Positions 37,303-49,008 of a DNA stretch of 64,000 bases are shown here, piece by piece (within the stretch, counting starts at the first letter, position 1; every line of letters begins with the position of its first letter). A program made the position numbers and the translations under genes. The stretch is from a candidate division FCPU426 bacterium (lineage in GTDB: Bacteria > Oederibacteriota > PGYV01 > Palsa-1178), in NCBI GenBank assembly GCA_963840035.1, contig CAWIXE010000002.1, positions 416,001 through 480,000 on the forward strand, written 5' to 3'. Under the pieces are notes generated by a model that was not told the DNA's origin, ran no database searches, and saw only the letters and a list, made by a program, of their open reading frames with translations.

Positions 37303-39951
37303 GTGAATTTGTTTTCTTTGAATCCATATAAAAAACTGTTATTTTCATTGATGCTGTGCTTTGCTTTTTTTATATTTTCTCCGCCGGGATTACGCGCAGA
37401 AGCAGAAAACGCGCAACAACTCCTTAAAATTGTCGAAAAAGCAAAAGACATTCCCGCAAAAATTAAATTGCTTAAAACCGGATATGAAAAGTTTGATGAC
37501 TGTGATTTAATCCGCAAAATGGAAAATATCAGTTTTGAGGCAATTAAACCCGGAAATGATCAAAAATCCCTTGATGCCGCTATAGAAACCCTGGCTTATA
37601 TTCTAATCGAAAAACCTAACTGCAGCATGGAAATTTATGCGTCTGAAGTCAAATCAAGACTTGAAGAAAGATACATCGCTATGCTGCGTGATGCTGAAAA
37701 AATAGCGGATGAAAATCAGCGATTCTCGGAATACAAGCGCTTATTTGAAATTAATATACCAAGTAATGGGCCTGCAAATTGGTCTGAAGGGTATGTTTAT
37801 GTTGATTCAGGGACCGGGGTAAGGGACGAGTACATATTTAAAAGGGTTAAAGAACTGCTTTCCTTAAAAGCTGCAGTAAAGGATGATGATGCCAGGTATA
37901 ATACAGCGAAGAATGTGCTAATTCTTTTAAGCGGATTTCAGTTCCCGGGCATGCCGGAGGATGACAGGTACCAGCAGTTTCTTTTTGATAATCTATTAGT
38001 TTATATAACTATGTATCCCCAACAAACCGGAAAAAATGACATAAATTCGGCGCTACAGGCAATTAGTTTTTATCTTCCGGATGGGGCTGTAAAATATAAC
38101 CCGGAAGTATTAAATGTTTCCGGCAAGGGCAAGGCGCTGCTTTTTAGAATGTATAAAAAATATGATCAATACTCAAAGAATTTGGTAATTGGTGAAATAT
38201 ACGGAAAATTACAGGCATATCAGTTCCAGGATGGTGCAACACTTGATCTTGTATGCAAATTTTCTGTTGCCGGGACCGACCGGGAAGTTAACCTGTATAA
38301 CTGTGGTACAGGCGTGTATTATACAAGTTCGGTGGTTTTGGGGGAAAAAGGTGGAAACTTTTATTCGTATCCTCCAGATTTAGGACGTGCAACAAATAAC
38401 GCTGCGGTTTGTGCTGCGGGATTGAAGGATGTAGACAGCGACGGAAACAGTGAGCTTGTATATGGTTGTCATGTCAGTCTGGCGGAATGCTGCCCATTGA
38501 CATGGCCCTTTATATTTACGTGGAATGGTTCTGAACTTAAGGATGTCGCGTTGGAAAAATCAGCGTATTTTGTGAAATTATATAAGGATGTAAAGGATTA
38601 TTACGACAGGCGCGTTGTAGACAGGATATTACAGCTCAGAGGAGGCGTTTACAATGAACTGTATGAAAAGTACATAAAGCCTGTAGCTGCCCTGGAAAAC
38701 GATGAGTCTGTTATCGACTTTACCAAAGGCGCCAGTGTGCTTGAATTCCTTCACCTAAATTTTTATACAAATTACAAAACCTGCCTCAGGGTCATTGAGA
38801 AATATCTGGATGCAAATGATGCTCCTGACGATGCTGATAGGGTCGTAAGGTTCTTATGGGATTATAATGACGGCCCTGTGCTGAAAAATTATCGCAATTA
38901 CTATTACCTGCTGACAGAAAAACAACGGGTAATAGATATTATTAATAAAGGATGTGAGAAATTCGAAAAAAAAGGCAAAGATAAAACTTTTCTTGAGGAT
39001 GCTTATTATATTATGGCGGCGCTTTATTATGAGCTGGGTGACTGTAAAAATGCGGCAAAGTTATACAAGGACTACATCCACGTGCGGACTGATCCTAAAA
39101 GGAACGGGGCAATCAAGAGGTTGGATATGTCAAAAACCGGCTTTTGTACTGGGGATCAAAAACCGATCAAGACTGTATTTCTGACGGAAGCGCCCGAACT
39201 TCCAATACTAAGTAGAATTGATATATTTGGTGAAAACGATTTTATGATTGTAAAAACATGCAAGGACATTGCTGTATGCCTGCAGTCAAATTCTCTGACT
39301 GCAAGGTCTATTGATAATGGTTCAATTAAGTGGAGTTATCCTGATGCGGTTTACGAATACGGGATATATGACGGGCTGGTCGCGGTTAAAGGCATTTACG
39401 CGGGGAGAGATGGCGGCGACGGTGTGACAAAAAACAGATTCTTTAAGCTGCTTAAATGCGACGATGGAAGCCTTATTTGGGGCAATGATTATAATGATAA
39501 AGATGAGAAAGCTAAAAGGGTAAATAATGAACAATTAATAATGCATGCCGAAACCGGTTGGGATAGTTTTGATAATCTGGGTCTCGGATTTAATATGACT
39601 AAGAACAAGCAGACCCTTGCAGATAAAGACAATAAATTATACTCGCTTGGAGAAGACAGAAAGGCCATCTATTGTAAAAATGGCAACGGGATAATATACT
39701 GGAAAGCAATCGTTAATACTAATGCCCCGTTTGATAAGTTATACAGGCTCGATAAATACAGGGTGTTTGCAGTTTCTGATGATAATAAAGTCTATGTAAT
39801 TGAAAAGGCAACAGGAAACCTCCTTTATTATGTCAATGGCGCGACTGATTTAACGCTGGTTGACGGCATATTAACCGCCACAAACAGCGATCCCATGATG
39901 GCTGATTACTCCATTAAATTCATGAAAGATCCGGGCATAAATGGTCAATAA
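37303..39951 (+). CDS. Large orphan exported protein (FG-GAP-like loop, TPR-like helix, PQQ-like beta-propeller C-terminus)
   Basis: Signal peptide, DVDSDGNSEL, AYY.MA.LY..LG.C..A...Y, repeated G..kW motifs. Confidence 0.65.
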   Translation: MNLFSLNPYKKLLFSLMLCFAFFIFSPPGLRAEAENAQQLLKIVEKAKDIPAKIKLLKTGYEKFDDCDLIRKMENISFEAIKPGNDQKSLDAAIETLAYILIEKPNCSMEIYASEVKSRLEERYIAMLRDAEKIADENQRFSEYKRLFEINIPSNGPANWSEGYVYVDSGTGVRDEYIFKRVKELLSLKAAVKDDDARYNTAKNVLILLSGFQFPGMPEDDRYQQFLFDNLLVYITMYPQQTGKNDINSALQAISFYLPDGAVKYNPEVLNVSGKGKALLFRMYKKYDQYSKNLVIGEIYGKLQAYQFQDGATLDLVCKFSVAGTDREVNLYNCGTGVYYTSSVVLGEKGGNFYSYPPDLGRATNNAAVCAAGLKDVDSDGNSELVYGCHVSLAECCPLTWPFIFTWNGSELKDVALEKSAYFVKLYKDVKDYYDRRVVDRILQLRGGVYNELYEKYIKPVAALENDESVIDFTKGASVLEFLHLNFYTNYKTCLRVIEKYLDANDAPDDADRVVRFLWDYNDGPVLKNYRNYYYLLTEKQRVIDIINKGCEKFEKKGKDKTFLEDAYYIMAALYYELGDCKNAAKLYKDYIHVRTDPKRNGAIKRLDMSKTGFCTGDQKPIKTVFLTEAPELPILSRIDIFGENDFMIVKTCKDIAVCLQSNSLTARSIDNGSIKWSYPDAVYEYGIYDGLVAVKGIYAGRDGGDGVTKNRFFKLLKCDDGSLIWGNDYNDKDEKAKRVNNEQLIMHAETGWDSFDNLGLGFNMTKNKQTLADKDNKLYSLGEDRKAIYCKNGNGIIYWKAIVNTNAPFDKLYRLDKYRVFAVSDDNKVYVIEKATGNLLYYVNGATDLTLVDGILTATNSDPMMADYSIKFMKDPGINGQ

Positions 39952-41239
39952 CATATATCAAAAAATTGACACCTTAAACGAGTTTAAGTTCGATTTTTCG
40001 CTCTCGCGCGTAAAGAAGGCCCTCAAGGCCTGCGGCAACCCGCAGGATTCATTCGCGGTCATTCACGTGGCTGGGTCGAACGGCAAGGGTTCTGTCACCG
40101 CTTATCTGGCCAACATTCTTACTGCCCATGGTTTTAAAACCGGCATGTATACATCACCGCATTTAAAAGATATTAAAGAACGTATTGTCATAGACGGTAA
40201 GAAAGTGAAAGAAAATGTTTTCCTCCCGGAAACTTCCAAACTTTTTAGCCTCCTAAAAAAAAGTAAAATATGGCTGACTTATTTTGAATTTATGACAGTG
40301 CTTGCTTTTAATATTTTCAGGAGGGAGAAGGCCTGTGCCGCGGTGATTGAAGCGGGATTGGGAGGGCGGTTTGACGCCACAAATGTTGATTACAAACAAA
40401 AACTCCTCAGCATAATCACATCCATATCCCTGGAGCATACCGACATCCTCGGCAAAACAGAACTGGCAATACTTAAGGAAAAAGAGGAGATAATAGGCAA
40501 AGGCGACGCTGTGGTGAACATATGCCGCAGGGAATTGAAAGATCATGTCAGGGCAAGGTTCGGGGACAAGGCTGAATTTGCGGAGGAGTCAGCGCCCGTG
40601 CTCGGTGTCAAAGTCACTAAAACAGGCCTTGAGGCTGAATTCAAAACAGGGATATTTAAAACGCCCATGATCGAGGTTGTTCAGGCGGAAAATATTTCAA
40701 CTGTTTTAACAGCGTTAAAAGTAATTGAAAAAAGTGCCGCGTTCGGACAGCGCGGGAGCGCTGTCCCTACAACAGTCCCGAAACATGGGGGTTTCAAAGA
40801 AGGATTTGTATTTGATTACGCGAAGGTTAGAAAGGCCATTGCAAAGACTTCACTGCCCGGCAGGATGTCATGGAATAAGAAGGGTTATTATTTGAGCGTG
40901 GCCCACAATCCCGCGGCATTTTACCAGGCGCTAAAAGCGCTGAATACCATTTATAAGGGCAGGAAAATAACAATAGTCTTTTCAGTCCTTAAGGATAAGG
41001 ATGTTGACGCGCTCTTTAAGGTCGCGACAGCCTTTAAAAACGTGCAATTTGTCCTGACAGCGATCAACAACCCGAGGGCAATTAGTGTTGGAAAATTAAA
41101 AGAAACTGTAGTAAAATATGGTATAAAACATTGGGTGGAAGAAGAGAACAAAGCAGCGCTGAAACTGGCGAGAAAGCATGGCCGGGGCGGTGTGGTGGTG
41201 GTTGGAGGGAGTTTTTATTTGGTGAATAAGTTCATTTAA
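39941..41239 (+). CDS. folC: Folylpolyglutamate synthase / dihydrofolate synthase
   Basis: IHVAGSNGKGS, YTSPHL, EAGLGGRFDATN, PGR, AHNP, GSFYLV. Confidence 0.93.
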   Translation: MVNNIYQKIDTLNEFKFDFSLSRVKKALKACGNPQDSFAVIHVAGSNGKGSVTAYLANILTAHGFKTGMYTSPHLKDIKERIVIDGKKVKENVFLPETSKLFSLLKKSKIWLTYFEFMTVLAFNIFRREKACAAVIEAGLGGRFDATNVDYKQKLLSIITSISLEHTDILGKTELAILKEKEEIIGKGDAVVNICRRELKDHVRARFGDKAEFAEESAPVLGVKVTKTGLEAEFKTGIFKTPMIEVVQAENISTVLTALKVIEKSAAFGQRGSAVPTTVPKHGGFKEGFVFDYAKVRKAIAKTSLPGRMSWNKKGYYLSVAHNPAAFYQALKALNTIYKGRKITIVFSVLKDKDVDALFKVATAFKNVQFVLTAINNPRAISVGKLKETVVKYGIKHWVEEENKAALKLARKHGRGGVVVVGGSFYLVNKFI

Positions 41240-41340
41240 GTGGTAAGTGATATGTGGTAAGTGGTATGAGGAAAACGGAATTGATTTTCTCACATACCAC
41301 GCACCACATACCACGTACCACATTTTTTACTGGAGGAAAC

Positions 41341-41976
41341 ATGTCCATCATCGATGATATTAAAGTTGTCTTCGACCGCGACCCCGCGGCTAAGAACATA
41401 TTTGAGGTAATCTTTATGTATCCGGGGCTGCACGCAATCATTAACCACAGGATAGCGCACTTTCTGTGGAACCTGAAGATCCCCATACTTCCCAGGATGA
41501 TATCCGCGTTTAACAGGTTCTTAACCGGCATTGACATACACCCGGGAGCGCAGATAGGAAAGAGATTCTTCATAGACCACGGCATGGGCGTTGTCATAGG
41601 CGAAACCACCATAATAGGAGACAATGTGCTTTTATACCAGGGTGTTACGCTTGGCGGCACAGGAAAAGAAAAAGGCAAACGCCACCCCACACTGGGCAAT
41701 GACATCGTTGTCGGTTCAGGCGCGAAGATACTCGGGAATATTACCATAGGCAATAACGTGAAAGTCGGCGCGGGTTCGGTTGTTATTAAGAACGTGCCTG
41801 ATAATTGCACGGCAGTAGGCGTGCCCGCCCGCATAGTAAGGCAGGGCGAGAATCATCCTGAGGACTCACTGCAGCACGGAATGCTGCCTGACATAGAGGC
41901 CATAGAGGTACAGAAGTTGTGCAAGAAGGTCGGGGAACTGGAAAAACTGCTTAAGAAGGCAAAGAAGAGGAAGTAG
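41341..41976 (+). CDS. cysE: Serine O-acetyltransferase
   Basis: RDPAA, YPGLHA, DIHPGA.IG..FFIDHG, KRHPT. Confidence 0.95.
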   Translation: MSIIDDIKVVFDRDPAAKNIFEVIFMYPGLHAIINHRIAHFLWNLKIPILPRMISAFNRFLTGIDIHPGAQIGKRFFIDHGMGVVIGETTIIGDNVLLYQGVTLGGTGKEKGKRHPTLGNDIVVGSGAKILGNITIGNNVKVGAGSVVIKNVPDNCTAVGVPARIVRQGENHPEDSLQHGMLPDIEAIEVQKLCKKVGELEKLLKKAKKRK

Positions 41977-42036
41977 AAACAGTTCGAAGGGTGGAGTTCG
42001 GGGTTCGGAGTTCGGTCCAGTTGGTTTGTTTTATCC

Positions 42037-42092
42037 GTTTCATCTGAGACGGGCCATCTGAGACGCCGCACCTGAGACGGTTCATCTGAGTC
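42037..42092. repeat. Four tandem 14-bp units NNNNCAYCTGAGAC
   Basis: Units at 42037, 42051, 42065 and 42079, just upstream of the ligA RBS. Confidence 0.8.
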
Positions 42093-42099
42093 AAAATAA

Positions 42100-44115
<2,016 letters not shown>

Positions 44116-44125
44116 AACGTTCCTT

Positions 44126-44281
44126 GTAGGGGCCGCCCTATGTGGCGGCCCGCCAGGTTGGATTTAGTTGTAGCTTTCTGGTTATGTATTCAACGGAGCT
44201 GATTTCGTAGGGGCGAGCCGGTGGCTCGCCCGGATCTTGACCCCGGGTTAAAGGCCGGGCGAGCCACCGGCTCGCCCCTAC
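44126..44281. repeat. Cluster of three GTAG-REPs of two stem types
   Basis: 44126-44151, 44207-44231, 44257-44281. Confidence 0.85.
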
Positions 44282-44328
44282 GAGAACGGGAATCAAATAT
44301 ACGATCAAAAATGTAAAAGGGGTGCCTT

Positions 44329-45087
44329 ATGAACTTAGCTTCCTTAATGTCAAACCAGATCTTCTGGGCAATCAGCACCATATTCTGGGTGTGGATGTTA
44401 ATTGACTGCGTCATGAACGAGCCGGACAGGTTCATGTGGCTTTGGATCATCGTTATATTTAACAGCCTTGGCGCGCTTATATACTTCGTGGCAAGGAAAA
44501 TGCCTGTCATACGTTATAACTCCATGCCGGTCATATCCCGCTTCTCAAGAGGGGGAGAGATATCAAAAGCCCAGGCTGACGTTTTTAACATCGGCAACCC
44601 CCACCATTTCATAAAGCTCGGCGAGCTCTATCTTGAAACCGGGAATTATGAAGGCGCAGGAACAGCATTTAAGACAGCTCTTGAAAAGGAACCCGCTGAC
44701 ATACAGGCGCTGTGGGGCGCGGCGCAGGTGGATGTGAAAAAAAAGAATTATACGGAAGCCCTGCCGAAGCTGGAAAAAGTGTTGAAGCAGGACTTTGATT
44801 ATAAATATGGAGAGGCTTCGTTGTTATACGCAAGGGCATTATATGAACTTAAAGATACGGCAAAGGCCAAGAAACACCTTGTAAAACACCTGGACAAATG
44901 GTCGCCCCCCGAAGCAAAGTACATGATGGCGTCATTGCTTGCCGGGGAAGGAAATAATAAGGAAGCCTATGAAATGCTCAACTCCACAGTGCAGGAAATG
45001 AAAGGCGCGCCGTCGTATTACAGGAGCAAGAATATACGCTGGATGTGGGCTATAAGGCTGCTGATGCAGCGTGTGAAAAATGGATAA
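44329..45087 (+). CDS. Membrane-anchored TPR protein with PLDc_N-like N-terminus
   Basis: W.WMLIDC...W.WII.....LGALIYF followed by TPR repeats. Confidence 0.8.
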   Translation: MNLASLMSNQIFWAISTIFWVWMLIDCVMNEPDRFMWLWIIVIFNSLGALIYFVARKMPVIRYNSMPVISRFSRGGEISKAQADVFNIGNPHHFIKLGELYLETGNYEGAGTAFKTALEKEPADIQALWGAAQVDVKKKNYTEALPKLEKVLKQDFDYKYGEASLLYARALYELKDTAKAKKHLVKHLDKWSPPEAKYMMASLLAGEGNNKEAYEMLNSTVQEMKGAPSYYRSKNIRWMWAIRLLMQRVKNG

Positions 45088-46561
45088 AGCTCTTAAAATA
45101 TTTGTTGTTTTATCATTACTTTGTATCGTAATACTTTTTACACGTATTAAATTTGCCGGTGTGCCGCCTGAACGTGACGAAGGAATATACGCGTGCATTG
45201 CGACAGGTATTAACCAGGGGCTGCTGCCCTACAGGGATATTTTTGACCACAAACAACCGGGGGTATATTTATTATATAATTTAGCTTTTAAATTATTTGG
45301 ACCGGGCTTTGTGTCGGTGAGGCTTTTTACGGCTATATATGTATTACTTGCGATGCTTGCAGTATTTTTCGCGGCCAGGGCTGGAGCTGGTGATAATGCG
45401 GGGTTGATATCAGCGTTCATATATACGGTCCTGCAATCAAGTGTTATGCTTCAGGGAATTAATTCAAATACGGAAACCTTTCTTTCATTGCCGTTGGCAA
45501 TGTCTCTTTTTTTTGTCTTATCCGGACATTTGAATCCGGCAATCAAGTTTTTTTTGTCAGGTCTATTCCTGGCCTTTGCCTGTTTGATAAAAGAAACAGT
45601 GCTGCCAATACTTATTTTTATGCCGGTTTGTCTGATGATTTGCGAAAGGCCGGGCGGCACCGGATTATTTGCGTTCAGGAATGCCACTGCGAGTTTGGCG
45701 TTTTTTTTAGGCGGTTTTTTTGTGCCGCTAATAATGTCTGCGGCAATTCTTGGATCGTTTGGAATTCTTAATGAATATTTTGAATGTGCGTTAAGGTATA
45801 ATTTCCTATATGCTGTGTCAGCAAACTCGGGCTATCCAGGCGTAAACCCGCATTTCATAAAAGAATACATTCCAGTTATAGTTTTCGCGTTAATTCCGAT
45901 TTTTGTGCGTTCAAAGAGCGCCCTGCCTTATAAGTCAGCGATGGGTTTAACATATATGACGGGAATTATAGCGGCTATAGCATTACAGCGTGGGATACAG
46001 CCTCATTATTATTCGGCATTGGCGGCGGTCGCAAGTGTGGCGGCCGGAACAGCCCTGGTATGGCCGGATTTTCAGGAAAAATTGAATAAGTATTATGCCG
46101 CGGTTATCGGAGTGCTTTTGACGGTTTTTGCCGCAGTGTTCATTATAAGCAACTCGAAATTTTACGGAATGACGCCATATGAAGTGTCAAATAGCCAGTA
46201 TGGCACAGGAACATTTGCGGAAGCCGCCATAATATCGGATATCATCAATAGGCAAAAAAAACCCGGGGATAATGTTTTTGTCTGGAATGCTGAGCCGGAA
46301 ATATATTATCAGACAAATACACGGCCTCCCGGGAGAATATATTATGTTTTACAGCCGTATTATGATTATGACCCAGTTGGCGTGTTGAGGATGATTGATA
46401 CTGTTTTTTCGCATGGGCCAAAATTTGTAGTTATGCCGATAAAGGAGAATTCCGTTATCAGAGGCCATTTAAAAAACTATGACCTGCTTGTAAAAATGGA
46501 AATTTTATCTTGCTGGAAATTGCGGGACAAATCCAGCAGAAAACCATTGCTAAACCCATAA
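45080..46561 (+). CDS. GT-C membrane glycosyltransferase (PMT/ArnT-like)
   Basis: ERDEGIY, PYRDIFDHKQPG, many TM segments. Confidence 0.8.
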   Translation: MDKALKIFVVLSLLCIVILFTRIKFAGVPPERDEGIYACIATGINQGLLPYRDIFDHKQPGVYLLYNLAFKLFGPGFVSVRLFTAIYVLLAMLAVFFAARAGAGDNAGLISAFIYTVLQSSVMLQGINSNTETFLSLPLAMSLFFVLSGHLNPAIKFFLSGLFLAFACLIKETVLPILIFMPVCLMICERPGGTGLFAFRNATASLAFFLGGFFVPLIMSAAILGSFGILNEYFECALRYNFLYAVSANSGYPGVNPHFIKEYIPVIVFALIPIFVRSKSALPYKSAMGLTYMTGIIAAIALQRGIQPHYYSALAAVASVAAGTALVWPDFQEKLNKYYAAVIGVLLTVFAAVFIISNSKFYGMTPYEVSNSQYGTGTFAEAAIISDIINRQKKPGDNVFVWNAEPEIYYQTNTRPPGRIYYVLQPYYDYDPVGVLRMIDTVFSHGPKFVVMPIKENSVIRGHLKNYDLLVKMEILSCWKLRDKSSRKPLLNP

Positions 46562-46595
46562 ATACTATATTATAATTAAGCCCGTAAAATACCCT

Positions 46596-46718
46596 GTAGA
46601 GAGCCGGCTTGCTGGCTCTCACAGTTGGCATTATGCCCGGTCTGAGAGGGGGCAAGCCCCCTCTCTACAGAAGACAAATATTTTTGTGTCTTTGTAGCGG
46701 GCGGATATCATCCGCCCG
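46596..46718. repeat. Cluster of three GTAG-REPs
   Basis: 46596-46620, 46644-46668 (inverted), 46694-46718. Confidence 0.8.
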
Positions 46719-46755
46719 AAAGCGGGATTACAGGATAAAAACGAACAGGAGCGAC

Positions 46756-48900
46756 ATGAAAAGACCCTTATACGTAACCTTCTTATGGCACATGCACCAG
46801 CCATATTATAAGAACATAGAGACCAATAAATTCATACTTCCGTGGGTTAGGCTGCATGCTGTTAAGGATTATTATGACATGGCGTCCATCCTGGACAAAT
46901 ACCCTAAGATTAAGCAGAATTTTAACCTGGTGCCTTCATTGTTGTTGCAGATTGAAGAGTACATAAGCGGCACCACCGACATATTCATGGATATGTCCTA
47001 TAAAAAGGTCGGGGATTTAAACGAGGACGAGCGCGTATTCATCATTTATAATTTCTTCATGGCAAACTGGGAAACCATGGTTTTCCCTTATCCGCGGTAT
47101 TCATATCTCCTGAAAAAACGCGGGGAAAACACCAATCCTGATGAAATACGCAAGATACACAAGCTTTTTACAGAAGACGAGATACGAGATATCCAGGTGT
47201 GGTTCAATCTTACCTGGATTGACTCAACCTTCATGCCCATGTACCCGGAATTAAAAAGGATCAAGGACAAGGCTGAGAATTTTACCGAGGAAGAGAAAAA
47301 ATACATTCTTGACCTGCACATAGAGATAATGAAGCTTATCATCCCTAAATACAAGGAAATGCATTTAAAAGGGCAGATAGAAGTTTCCACCACGCCTTTT
47401 TACCACCCCATACTGCCCCTTGTTTACAATACTGACACGGCAAAACAGTGCATGCCCAAGATGCCGCCGCTTGATTTTAACTTCTCCCACCCTGAAGACG
47501 CGCATGCCCAGATAAATAAGGCTGTGAATTACTTCGGCGAGAAATTCGGCGCGGCGCCGGCAGGCATGTGGCCTTCTGAAGGGTCTGTCAGCGAGGACGT
47601 GCTGGGGTTAATAGCAAAGAATGGAATTAAGTGGGTGGCCACTGATGAGGAAATCATAGGCGAGTCGCTGCACCTCTCCGGGGATATAGCGAACGGGGAC
47701 ATGATATACAAGCCTTACGTTTTTAATTCCTCAAACGGGCCTGTAAACATGGTTTTCCGCAACCACTACCTTTCAGACCTCATAGGCTTCTCATACGCGG
47801 GATGGAACTGCAGGGAAGCGGCTGTGCACTTTATTAACGAACTTTACAGGATAAAAAACGGGCTTGATGACAACGCGCACTGCGTAAATGTGATACTCGA
47901 CGGCGAGAACTGCTGGGAATACTACCCCAATGACGGCAAGGATTTCTTAAACGCCCTGTACGAGGCGCTCTCTGATAATCAGGATTTTGAAGTGGTGACG
48001 ATAAACGAAGCAATAAATAAGGACATTGAAAAACCTGTTATAAAAAAACTTTTTCCGGGGTCGTGGATAAACCACGATTTCTACATATGGATAGGCCATG
48101 AAGACGACAGGAAAGCATGGAAGCTTTTAAAGCGCGTAAGGGAAGACCTGGTAAGATGGGAAGAAAACCATAAGACAGAAGTGGATAAGCTTTATAAGGC
48201 GTGGGAATCTATTTACATAGCCGAGGGAAGCGACTGGAACTGGTGGTATGGCGATGACCATTCATCCAAGAATGACGCCGAGTTTGACAACCTCTACAGG
48301 CTGCACCTGATGAATGTATATTCCATCATGGGCGAAAAAATCCCGGATGAGTTATTCATACCGATTGCCAAGATTGACAATGCCTTTGAAATACCGCCCG
48401 TAATGTTCATTAATCCTGAAATTGACGGATATGACAGCCATTACTATGAATGGAAAGGCGCCGGGCTGTACGACCTGACAAAAGAGGGCGGCGCCATGCA
48501 TAAGGCGGTAAAGCTCGTGCAGAAGATGCATTACGGCTTTAACAAGGAGAATTTCTATATAAGGCTTGACGCGGCTGATAAGTTTAAGGACTTAAAAGGG
48601 CTGGTTGTGGAACTGCGCATGGCCGAGGCGGGGAATTCAGGTTCCATCAGGTTCCATGTGGACGGAAGGAAAATGGAAACATCCAACATAGAGCAATACG
48701 GCATTGATTTTGCCATAGGCGATGTATTTGAGGCGAAGATCCCGTTTGCCAGGCTCGGCCATTTAACCGACATGAAAGAGTTTAAAATGATGCTTTTCAT
48801 CAGCAGGGACGGACAGGACGTGGAGAAGATACCTGAAAAAGGGCTCCTCATGATCCAGGTGCCGGATGAGTTCTTTGAGTTATATAACTGGAAGGTTTAA
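46756..48900 (+). CDS. Glycoside hydrolase family 57 (amylopullulanase-like)
   Basis: WHMHQPYY, HPILPL, WPSEG, LDGEN.WE, AEGSDW.WW. Confidence 0.92.
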   Translation: MKRPLYVTFLWHMHQPYYKNIETNKFILPWVRLHAVKDYYDMASILDKYPKIKQNFNLVPSLLLQIEEYISGTTDIFMDMSYKKVGDLNEDERVFIIYNFFMANWETMVFPYPRYSYLLKKRGENTNPDEIRKIHKLFTEDEIRDIQVWFNLTWIDSTFMPMYPELKRIKDKAENFTEEEKKYILDLHIEIMKLIIPKYKEMHLKGQIEVSTTPFYHPILPLVYNTDTAKQCMPKMPPLDFNFSHPEDAHAQINKAVNYFGEKFGAAPAGMWPSEGSVSEDVLGLIAKNGIKWVATDEEIIGESLHLSGDIANGDMIYKPYVFNSSNGPVNMVFRNHYLSDLIGFSYAGWNCREAAVHFINELYRIKNGLDDNAHCVNVILDGENCWEYYPNDGKDFLNALYEALSDNQDFEVVTINEAINKDIEKPVIKKLFPGSWINHDFYIWIGHEDDRKAWKLLKRVREDLVRWEENHKTEVDKLYKAWESIYIAEGSDWNWWYGDDHSSKNDAEFDNLYRLHLMNVYSIMGEKIPDELFIPIAKIDNAFEIPPVMFINPEIDGYDSHYYEWKGAGLYDLTKEGGAMHKAVKLVQKMHYGFNKENFYIRLDAADKFKDLKGLVVELRMAEAGNSGSIRFHVDGRKMETSNIEQYGIDFAIGDVFEAKIPFARLGHLTDMKEFKMMLFISRDGQDVEKIPEKGLLMIQVPDEFFELYNWKV

Positions 48901-49008
48901 CTAAAACGTTCGGGGTTCGGGGTTCGGAGTTCGGAGTTGGGATGGAAATGGCCTTTCAACTTCGAACCCCGAACTCCGACCTCCGAACTTAATTCGGAGG
49001 TTTTATTA

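Noticed and set aside
46609..46755. N-terminal extensions in the track for GH57 (also purD, cysE, btuF, ankyrin, yebC, rplM, mrdA)
   Set aside because: They run through repeat or upstream DNA; the downstream starts have an RBS or match family N-termini.
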